This document shows, piece after piece, positions 1 to 8,780 of a stretch of 64,000 nucleotides of DNA; positions within the stretch are counted from its first letter, which is position 1; the number at the start of each line of letters is the position of its first letter. The translations under genes and the position numbers were made by a program. Origin of the DNA: Schmidtea polychroa (lineage: Eukaryota). The notes below the pieces were generated by a model that worked only from the letters and a program-made list of their open reading frames with translations, had not been told where the DNA came from and made no database searches. Location of the stretch: positions 110,918,001-110,982,000 of the forward strand of contig CM097886.1 in NCBI GenBank assembly GCA_044892525.1, given 5' to 3'.

Positions 1-2
1 GA

Positions 3-254
3 AAAATTAGCAGAAATATCTGGTGTGAAAACGCATTAAATATAGACTGGGTAGCAGAGAGTGAAGATTCGGGATTTGATGAAACAGATGAAGAAAACAC
101 TCAAGATCACGAGGAAAGCATTCAAGAAATTGATGAACCTATGGAGGAATTTACGGATACTGAACCGTGTGTATATAGGGATTGTATAGATCATGTTGTT
201 GAAAATGTTATGAACTGTGGAGATGATGAATGTGAATGTGTTAATAAATTTTAG
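3..254 (+). CDS. 3' end of an unidentified acidic, Cys-tailed ORF truncated by the window edge (possibly transposon-encoded)
   Basis: Frame 3 is open from the window start to TAG at 252-254 (KISRNIWCENAL...SEDSGFDETDEE...CGDDECECVNKF*). No start codon in the window; followed by subterminal-type tandem repeats. Confidence 0.4.
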   Translation, partial: KISRNIWCENALNIDWVAESEDSGFDETDEENTQDHEESIQEIDEPMEEFTDTEPCVYRDCIDHVVENVMNCGDDECECVNKF

Positions 255-343
255 TTTGAATGTATATTTAAAGTATAATATTTAGAATTTCTTTGTTAAA
301 GTTTTGTCTTGAATATTTTTACCAGTAACTTTGTGAACTTTTA

Positions 344-592
344 CGATTACGTAATAGTTCTAAAAATAATAGGCATCGTTCTAAAAATAATAGGCATCGT
401 TCTAAAAATATTAGGCATCGTTCTAAAAATATTAGGCATCGATTACATAATAGTTCTAAAAATATGAGGCATCGTTCTAAAAATATTAGGCATCGTTCTA
501 AAAATATTAGGCATCGATTACATAATAGTTCTAAAAATATGTGGCATCGTTCTAAAAATGTGAGGCATCGATCTAAAAATATGAGGCATCGT
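344..592. repeat. Tandem array of ~21-bp units (GTTCTAAAAATATTAGGCATC and variants)
   Basis: About 10 near-identical adjacent copies with occasional GATTAC(A/G)TAATA insertions; the same units recur at ~1168-1270. Confidence 0.9.
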
Positions 593-609
593 GTGATAGA
601 AATCTATAT

Positions 610-1160
610 CTCATTAGAAAGGTCTTGCACTGAGCTTTAAGATGAGCTATCGTTCAATAAAATCTGTTGGTGGGAATATTAATTTTTGGGATGAAAAAAA
701 GTAGGAGCCCGCTGGATCATTTAATATTTTGAAAAATAATAATAATTTAACTATGAAAAGATGGTGGTCATCAATTGTTAATAACTATACCAATAAGAAT
801 GATGATAATAATATTTATATATCAGTAGATAGATCTTGCACTGGGCTTTAAAATAAGTGTTTGATTAATAAATTCGGATGATGGGAACATTAAGTTTTGG
901 GCAAACGAAAACCAGGTCACCGCTAGACCACTAATAATATTTTGAATAATACTATTAATTTAACTTTGAAAAGATGGTGGTCATCAATTGTTAATAACTT
1001 TACCAATAATAATGATGATAATAATATTTATATATCAATAGATAGATCCCGCGCTGGGCTTTACAATGAGCTATCGATCAATGAAATAAAATGATGGGAA
1101 CGATACCTCTTGGACAAACGAAAACCATGTCACCGCTAGATCACTAATAATATTTTGAAT
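610..1160. repeat. Degenerate ~210-bp tandem repeat (about 2.5 units)
   Basis: The block AAAAGATGGTGGTCATCAATTGTTAATAACT...GATAATAATATTTATATATCA.TAGATAGATC occurs at ~755-835 and ~968-1048. Confidence 0.8.
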
Positions 1161-1340
1161 AATAATGAGGCATCGATTACGTAATAGTTCTAAAAATATG
1201 AGACATCGTTCTAAAAATATGAGACATTGATTACGTAATAGTTCTAAAAATATGTGGCATCGTTCTAAAAAATTTTTTCCCGGGGGGAGGAGGAGGGGGG
1301 AGTATGTGATCCAGAGGGCCCCTGGTCTGGATGGCCCCAA

Positions 1341-3263
1341 TCATACTACTTTAACCATTTTTCTTCATATGTTAATTTCTGTATATCTGGTATAATTTCT
1401 TTAAATATTATGTACTCTTCAAATAAACCATCTACGTCAATATTTTTTATAGGAAATACCTTCAGTACATTTAATAAATCTTCAAAAATAGGAACTTCTA
1501 CCAATTTAAAGACATTTAGAGCTTTGTACTTTTTATTAATGAAATCAAATCTTTTTTCAATATATTGAATCAATTGTTCTAAAAATGCAGAAGTTCTTTT
1601 GAGAAATAATGTTTTTTCAGTATCATTATTGCATTTTTCTAATGCCTGTTGTGCTATAGTACCATAAAATTTTGCTGTAGCTTTGTTTTAACGAATTCCT
1701 TAAATTCTCAAGCAAGTCATACACTTCTATTACTACAGGACCTTCAACTTCTAGCTTTAATAATATATTTTTAATAATTGACCAAATATTGGATAGCAAA
1801 CCTAAATACGCTTCTGACAACTCGTTGTTTAAGAAATCTTTGACTAAAACCGGTGGTGAAGATTTGAAATTGAAATATGATTTTATTAGCTCAAAATTTC
1901 TGTAAAGGCGGTCGATAGCCGGCACAAGAGATAACCACCTTGTCGAAATATGACGTAACATTTTTGTGTATTCCATATCGCAAAAATCATAAAATTCCAT
2001 TAGTGTTTGCTTCCTTTTCGTATGAGAGCTGAACTAATTATATATTTTAACTATAATACATTCTAAGTCAAATTTCAGTAAATTTGAAGCATTTTTAAAA
2101 GCATTTGACAGCGTATGGCAAAAACATCCTACTTCTATAATGCCTGGATTTATTTTTCTGAGCTCAGTAAAAACACTTTGATGGCGACCAAAATTGACGT
2201 TAGCATTATCACCGCAGTAACTTATTATGCTTTTTGGATCTAAATCTGCTTTATTTAGATAACTAATTAATGAACTAGCAATATGCTGTGATGTTTCACT
2301 TGAGCTCTCAAAAAAATTTTAAAGTTTTGTTTGAACACCAACATCCTTCAAAAAATATCGTAGTACTAGAGGAAACATTTTTATATTTCCCTTGTTAGAT
2401 GCGCCTGTAGAAATACTATAAGGAAGATTTTTGCTTTTTATATTAGCAATAATAGAATTTTGGGATTCTTTTGCTAATACATTTGTTACTATTTTTGAAC
2501 ATTTAGTACGGCCACAACTGAAATTGGATGCTATTTTTGAATCAGGAAACAAAGTATGCAATAAAGCACTGGTACAATTTGATGAATTGAAGCTATGCGA
2601 ATGCTGAATACTGTGATATACAAAGGTAGCCTCTGCAGCGCTAATTTCTTTACCCAATGAAGTTATTGTTGATGAAGCTGAAAAAAATGAAGTTAGGCTA
2701 TTGGAACTTGATGCTGCTTTTAAGTTGGTTATATGTTTTATTGTTTTCATGTATTGTTTCACATCTCGAATTCCAGATACGGCAATACTAAATTCTGTGC
2801 GACAGTGAATACATTTGGCAGCATTGGGTTTTCCTGCTACTCTGAACAACCATTGATAAGATTTTGGCCACTCATCGTTAAAATGATTTATACGACGTTG
2901 TCTTTTTATTTTTGATTTTCCACTAATATTTGGATTTTCATCTTCCGTGTTGTATTCTGTGGTCAGTATCAATTTCTTTTTCCATCATATACAAATCTTA
3001 AACAAAATTAAAAGTAGATTTACATTTAAATACTTTATTTTTTACAAATATTCTAGAAATAATACTTTAAGAATACAAAAACGCTGCTTCATTAAAGTTG
3101 AACTGGGCAAAAATTATATTATAACAAAACAAATAAAAAAATAATCAGTAATTAAACGTACCTTTAGGTACGTTTTCACTAATTCCGTAAATAACGTACA
3201 TTCTTATTTTGTAAGCCAAAATAACGTACGGTACGTTCAAATGACGTACACCTGGCAAGCCTA
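1341..3263 (-). mobile_element. Degenerate hAT DNA transposon (transposase pseudogene)
   Basis: Minus-strand fragments: Zn finger (FNDEW..YQWL...KCIHC...SG..DVKQY...KH), a D-to-G altered STGASN motif, and TRWLSL. hAT-type end TAGGCTTGCCAGG at 3251-3263. Multiple stops and frameshifts. Confidence 0.8.
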
Positions 3264-3464
3264 AAGACGGGCAACAAATTAAAAAGAATATTGTAATAAA
3301 TTGTGAAGTCATTCAGTAAATTACAACAAAGTAATAACATATTTCGGAAATATTTCAACAGATGTAAAATATTTAGGCAAATTGTTACAAGATTATAAAA
3401 ATATTGCAACAAAGTAATAAAATAATACAACATTTTTAACTCTAGAATATACATTGACACAATA

Positions 3465-3890
3465 AAAATTCAAGAAAATTATTTTTACTAGATAAAAATA
3501 CAAAAAAAATTGAAGAAAACATGTGTGTATTACACACAACATACGAGACATTTCTAATCAATCCATTTTATAGAAAATTAAATTTTATCTATATAATATA
3601 TAAATAATATTCCAAGAAAATTACATTAACTACATGAAAAAATACAAATTTATCGTAAAAACATGTATATATTACACACAAAACAAGATACATAATTTTT
3701 AATCAAGCTATTTTATAGAAAATTAAATTTTATCTATATAATATATGAATAAAAATCCAAGAAAATTACGTTAACCACGCGAAAAATACAAATTTATCGT
3801 AAAAACATGTGTTTATTACACACAAAGCGACAAACTAAAATTATAATTGCGCCATTTTGTAGAGAATTAAATTCTGCCTATACATGGTTA
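3465..3890. repeat. ~143-bp tandem repeat, 3 degenerate units
   Basis: CAAGAAAATT...AAAAATACAAA...AAAACATGT...ATTACACACAA recurs with ~142-145 bp period. Confidence 0.75.
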
Positions 3891-4269
3891 CACCTAAATC
3901 CCAATCGGACAAAGAGAAAAGAGACAAAGGGGTGAAAAAGAGAAAAAACAGTAGAGTAGGGTAACATGTGAACCCGGGAACAAAGAACTATTACATAATT
4001 GATGATGTCACGAAGGAAATTACGCCATACTCCCGGAGAGGGGTATTTTTAATTTTTTTAAAATTTTTTAAATTACATAATAAAGAACTATTACACAATT
4101 AAGGCGCATTACGTAACAAAGGCATATTACAAAATAAAGACATATTACGTAATAAAGACATATGACTCATCGATTTAAACAAAGACATTACGTGATAAAG
4201 ACACATCATTAATTGGGGAAAATGGAATGTTTTAAATTAATTTGGAGCCTGATTGTCTGATATGATATT

Positions 4270-4531
4270 AGTAGTGAGGAATCTATGCACCCCAGCACCC
4301 CCACCCTCAAAAAAAACAGCGCTATTGACCCATATTTTCCACATTTATATGCTTTTTTACCCCATATTCTTCACTTTTTTTAACTTTTAAACTTTGTCCC
4401 CTATTGCCATTAACCCTTAATTTCTTCCCTTAAAAGTAAAAAAGTTCGGAATAGATGTATTTATAGATTAGTAATTCCGAGAAAAGGTAACGGGGTGCAT
4501 AGATTCCTCACTACTTGGTCTTAAGGATTTA
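4270..4531 (+). repeat. Left terminal inverted repeat of the Polinton
   Basis: Reverse complement of 19181-19444; by eye identical except an A8 vs A10 homopolymer. Confidence 0.96.
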
Positions 4532-4934
4532 ATGTTATAAGGATTTAATGTTATAAGAATATCAGATTACCTAATTCATAATGATCTAGGTCGCCTGATC
4601 ACCTTAAGGTTTTGAAAGTTTTAAAAATAAAAAATTTTATGAAAATAGTAAAACTGCTCTGAGGGGACAGTGGTATTTTTTTTTTTTTCACTGTCCCCTC
4701 AACAGTTTTTTTTTGATCCGGATCATTTTTTTTTTTTTTATTTATCAACCTCTTTCGTTTATCAAATCTCTTCCAATATACAAGCTGGCCAGACTCATAC
4801 ATCAGAATCAATCCGATAATAGCAGCACGCCTTATTATTCGCTTCTCGCTCACGAAGTCGATTTCAACGGCGTTTTAAGCGTGCTGCTCGAAAGTACAAA
4901 TGAATTCGAAAGCGAATCCGAAAGAGGTCCGAAA

Positions 4935-5024
4935 ACAACTGAGAAATAAATGTGCACATTACCGGGATCGATCCGGGGGTGTTCGAAAGACAGGTGGCGA
5001 TAATTACCGGTTCGCCACCATCAC
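4935..5024 (-). ncRNA. Putative tRNA-like / Pol III structured RNA (unit 3)
   Basis: Minus strand: A-box-like TGGCGAACCGG, D-arm-like GCGA/TCGC, 7-nt loop CTTTCGA on a 3-bp stem, T-arm-like CCGG-ATCGATC-CCGG, TTTT at ~4933-4936. No acceptor stem. Confidence 0.4.
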
Positions 5025-5206
5025 CCGTTTCAATATTTTTTTTTTCATATTTATGTTTAAAAAATAATTAATTTATAAAAAAATAAAATAAAATAAAATA
5101 AATAAAATAAAATATACAAGTACTTTATAAATATAAGATACCCACACTATTTTCAATATTATTTTCAAATTTTTAATATTATTTTATGTTGAAAAAAAAA
5201 CTAACC

Positions 5207-5503
5207 TCAGATGTGATTTGAACCACTATCCATTTGAACCACTGCGCCATCAAGGTTTGGATTTTTGTCATTTTTTAGACTATAAATAATCGATTCAAGT
5301 TCTTTAACTCTTTCCTGTAATTGTTTCATTTTCTTCAATCTTATATCAGCAACATCTACAGCCTTCATATAAAAATGTCGATACTTTTCATTATCTACCA
5401 TCAACTCTTTGATGTATTCTAATGGTTCTTCTTCTCTTCTTTTCATTCTCTTATGTTTAACTTCATTCAATTCATTTCTCATTCTTTCTTTTAACTCATC
5501 CAT
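5207..5503 (-). CDS. Small basic/coiled-coil orphan protein (98 aa) of the Polinton
   Basis: Intact ORF with the TAAAAATG start context shared with other element genes; charged helical heptad pattern. Confidence 0.65.
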   Translation of the reverse strand: MDELKERMRNELNEVKHKRMKRREEEPLEYIKELMVDNEKYRHFYMKAVDVADIRLKKMKQLQERVKELESIIYSLKNDKNPNLDGAVVQMDSGSNHI

Positions 5504-5674
5504 TTTTATAAATATTTTTTTATTGGATATATTAATTTTTGGTAGCTTAAGTTAAAACGTTTTTGATCTTAAATTTCCAAGAGTTGCCGTTGACCAATCA
5601 CCTTTAAAATTTGTACAAGTACTAAATCGAGTATGCTGATCAATATTTTGTTTAAAAAAAAATTTGAAAAGAAA

Positions 5675-5747
5675 TGACCGAAATGGGATTTGAACCCATT
5701 GGTATTGGCAATGCAGTCGAGTGCTATTACCACTAAGCTATTAGAGC
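5675..5747 (-). ncRNA. tRNA-Cys(GCA)-derived 73-nt tRNA-like RNA gene (unit 1)
   Basis: Invariant tRNA positions in register (T8, A14, G15, D-loop GG, T33, G34C35A36, G53-T-T-C-A-A, C61). Perfect T-stem ATGGG/CCCAT, acceptor 5/7 pairs, broken anticodon stem (2/5), oligo-T downstream. Confidence 0.75.
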
Positions 5748-5917
5748 TATACTCAATATAAAATAAGTTGTTAATGTGTGACTATTTATTGATGAAATTA
5801 ATAATTAATTATTCATTTTCTCGACAACTACCACTCAGATCCATCTGAAAATTTAAATATATACTAAAATCAGTACGCTGAATCAGATTCCGTTGAAAAA
5901 AAAATATCGAAAAAAAT

Positions 5918-5990
5918 TGACCAAAATCGAAAATTGAACCCGGACTCCCGGTGATAAAATTGAAGCCTATTCCCACTCCGCTATAATGGC
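5918..5990 (-). ncRNA. Second 73-nt tRNA-like RNA gene (unit 2), apparently paralogous to unit 1
   Basis: A-box TAGCGGAGTGG, B-box GGTTCAATT, ends GGTCA followed by T7. Shares ATAGC..AGTGG.AATAG, GGGTTCAA and TTT.GGTCA with unit 1; stems weak. Confidence 0.6.
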
Positions 5991-6046
5991 TTACATAATA
6001 TATTTAATTAATCCTATTGTGTGTGTGTAAATTTTAATATATAAAA

Positions 6047-7339
6047 ATGAATAATATAAATCTTAAAATTCAAGAAAAAAATAAATTAAATCTTGATTAT
6101 AATAAAGAATTTACTCATGAAATCAAGAAAAACGATGTACTTAAAATCTCCCCAACTTCAGGATCTATTGCAAACTTAAATCGTAGGGGTGATATAGTTT
6201 TTCAATCTCTTCAAACATCAAACCCTATAGATATTTGTAATGCCAAATTATATTATAAAATCGAATTAGAAATTGAAGCAAACAAAGATATAACCCTAGA
6301 AAATAATTTCTTTCCAAATTTATTCTCCAATATGAGATTAAAACTAGGATCATCAGAAATTGAAACTGTTTTACATCCGGGAGTATATTCTACAATGTTA
6401 AATTTTATTTTGACTGGTTGTGATTATAAAAATGAATATGGTGAATTAACAGGCTGGATTCCTGATGTTAATAAAGGAGATTTAGATAAAGATGGTTTAG
6501 ATATAAATTATGGTTACTATAAAAGAGCTGAACTTTATAAATCTAAAAAATTTGAAGGTTATTTTGAATTAAAACACTTGTTTGGATTCCTTCAAAACTA
6601 TAATCGTATACTTCATAATGTTTTTATAGAATTCATCTGTAATAGAGTAGAAGGTGATAAAAGATTGTTCTATGGAGCTGTAGATACAAAAGCTAAATTA
6701 AAATTATCAACACTTGAATTACATATACCTGAATGGACATTAAACCCACATTCTGAGATTAAACTCCTTGAAAGATTAAATTCCAACAAGTCTATAAATG
6801 TAAATTATTTAAATAGAATCTGTAGTGAATTTAGTATGACAGAGGGTTCAACATATTCTATAAAGGTAGCAAATTTAGCATACCGACCAAGATATATCTT
6901 GATTGGATTCAAAGAAACAGATTCATCTTTCCAAAAAAATAACAATCTATTTATTCAAAAGATTGGAGATGATAATTTAAAAACAATACAAATTCAATTA
7001 AATAGTTCTTATTATCCAATAAATAGAATGGAATTTAATATTGAAAATAATGAAAACATATTCCCATATCTAAATTATATTGAAACATGTTATGATTTCA
7101 AAGTTGAACCGCAATTAGGTTTAGAAGATTTCAAAAATTTATATTCTATATTTTGTATAAATGTTTCAGACCAAGATGATCGCCTAGCCATAAATAATGT
7201 TGATGTTACACTTCATGTAACAAAGGATTCTAATTTTAAAGCTAAAGTATATACATTAATATTAGAAGAAAAGAAAATAGAAATGAAATTATATAGTGGA
7301 AAGATTTCAATAATCGAAAATGTTAGGGGAGATTCTTGA
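6047..7339 (+). CDS. Major capsid protein (double jelly-roll, hexon-like), 430 aa
   Basis: Size, beta-rich composition and Polinton MCP-like motifs (SP...LN..G.I.F, NNFFPNLFS.MRL..G..EIE, PRYILIGF, FCINVS). Confidence 0.85.
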   Translation: MNNINLKIQEKNKLNLDYNKEFTHEIKKNDVLKISPTSGSIANLNRRGDIVFQSLQTSNPIDICNAKLYYKIELEIEANKDITLENNFFPNLFSNMRLKLGSSEIETVLHPGVYSTMLNFILTGCDYKNEYGELTGWIPDVNKGDLDKDGLDINYGYYKRAELYKSKKFEGYFELKHLFGFLQNYNRILHNVFIEFICNRVEGDKRLFYGAVDTKAKLKLSTLELHIPEWTLNPHSEIKLLERLNSNKSINVNYLNRICSEFSMTEGSTYSIKVANLAYRPRYILIGFKETDSSFQKNNNLFIQKIGDDNLKTIQIQLNSSYYPINRMEFNIENNENIFPYLNYIETCYDFKVEPQLGLEDFKNLYSIFCINVSDQDDRLAINNVDVTLHVTKDSNFKAKVYTLILEEKKIEMKLYSGKISIIENVRGDS

Positions 7340-7368
7340 TATAATCCCTGATATTTTAACATTTTAAA

Positions 7369-8769
7369 ATGTCTTTAAATAAATATTGGAGATGTGAAAC
7401 TTGTAATTGTCAAGTTACAAGACATCATAAAGCAAGCCATCTTAAAACTAAAAAACATACAGTAGGTGACCTAATTCCACGAGCTGGAGGCGATTTGCAA
7501 TCTTCAAAAACAACATCTTCAATATTAAAACCTTTTACTACAGAAAAATATCCAGGTGAAAGACATTTATTTAAACACAACTACACCGGACCAGGAACAA
7601 GATTAGATATTAGATTAGATGAAAATAATAATCCCAAACAAGGAGAAGAACCAATAAATAGAATTGATCAAGCAGCTTTAAAACATGACATTGCATACAA
7701 TTCAACAAATCTTAGAGATAGACATGTTGCAGATGTGAATTTAATACATGATTTAAATAGTATCCAAAATCCATCAACCCAAGAAAAGATTCAAAGAGCT
7801 CTAGTTAAATTAGCAATGAAAGGTAAGATTTTCATAGGCTTAGGACACAGTCCGATCACCATGGGTGCAAGACTTCCTAGGAAAGCAAAAGATGTTGCTT
7901 ATAAAAAGATTATCGAACAAGCAGAGATTGAAAGATCCCTCGAGAGTACAGCCAAGACTAGTTTACAAACCCCAACAGAATCAGAAATAAAATATGCAAA
8001 GGAATTACACCATGAATTTAGAAAAAATAAAAAATATTTAAAAGTTCAAGTACATGAAAAAGATCAAACATGGTCTGCAGATTTAGCCAAATCATCAGAC
8101 CCTGAAAAATATAAAATAATTTTAACTGTAATAGATTTATATACAAGATTTGCTTTTGCAAGATGTTTAGAAAATAAAACAGGATATTCTATTACAGAAG
8201 CATTTGAAAATATATTTGAAGAAAATCAAAGAATCCCAAAATATTTATGGTGTGATAAAGGAACAGAATTTTATAACAAAGTTTTTACAAAGTTTTTAAA
8301 TGAAAATGATATTAAATTATATTCAACAGAAAACGAAGGAAAAGCAGTCGTAGTTGAAAGATTAAATAGAACATTAAAAAATAAAATGTGGAAATATTTT
8401 ACTACTATTGGAAAACAAAAATGGAACAATGAATTGTTACAAAAGATTGTAAATGAATATAATAATGATGTACATAGTTCTATAAAATTAACACCTTTAA
8501 ATGCTTCCATGAAGCCTGAAACCATTAAAGTGGTAAATATTGAAAATGATGTTATTGAAAAACCAAAGTTTAAAATTGGTGACCGAGTAAGAATATTTAA
8601 ATATAAAAATAAATTTGAAAAAGGATTCACAGCAAAATGGACAAATGAAATTTTTATTATAAATAAAAAAAATTATACAACTCCAATAACATATAGCATC
8701 TTTGATTTAAATAATGAAAAAATATTAGGTAGATTTTATAATAATGAACTACAGAAAACAGATTTTTAA
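7369..8769 (+). CDS. int: ZnF-PLA2-retroviral-type integrase fusion protein, 466 aa
   Basis: N-terminal C2H2 finger; parvovirus-type PLA2 motifs YTGPG and KHDIAY; rve DDE triad (WSADL, WCDKGTEF, VERLNRTLK); C-terminal KFKIGDRVRI...W..EIF...Y...EL domain. Confidence 0.93.
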   Translation: MSLNKYWRCETCNCQVTRHHKASHLKTKKHTVGDLIPRAGGDLQSSKTTSSILKPFTTEKYPGERHLFKHNYTGPGTRLDIRLDENNNPKQGEEPINRIDQAALKHDIAYNSTNLRDRHVADVNLIHDLNSIQNPSTQEKIQRALVKLAMKGKIFIGLGHSPITMGARLPRKAKDVAYKKIIEQAEIERSLESTAKTSLQTPTESEIKYAKELHHEFRKNKKYLKVQVHEKDQTWSADLAKSSDPEKYKIILTVIDLYTRFAFARCLENKTGYSITEAFENIFEENQRIPKYLWCDKGTEFYNKVFTKFLNENDIKLYSTENEGKAVVVERLNRTLKNKMWKYFTTIGKQKWNNELLQKIVNEYNNDVHSSIKLTPLNASMKPETIKVVNIENDVIEKPKFKIGDRVRIFKYKNKFEKGFTAKWTNEIFIINKKNYTTPITYSIFDLNNEKILGRFYNNELQKTDF

Positions 8770-8780
8770 GTCGACAAGCC

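Noticed and set aside
344-592. 21-bp repeat array as a CRISPR array
   Set aside because: Units are adjacent with no unique spacers, there are no cas genes, and the context is eukaryotic.
1071-1340. 89-aa ORF with repeated FLELLRN segments
   Set aside because: It is a translation of the tandem DNA repeat.
4599-4949. Overlapping small ORFs 4599-4853 (-) and 4713-4949 (+)
   Set aside because: Non-ATG starts, run through homopolymers, and lack the element's start context. The region is better explained by secondary structure, though coding is not excluded.
4887-4990. Repeated CGAAA motifs as a hammerhead ribozyme
   Set aside because: No CTGANGA core at a suitable position on either strand.
5675-5747. 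Functional decoding tRNA-Cys
   Set aside because: Anticodon stem 2/5, pyrimidine at 37 and two acceptor mismatches; reported as a tRNA-like RNA instead.
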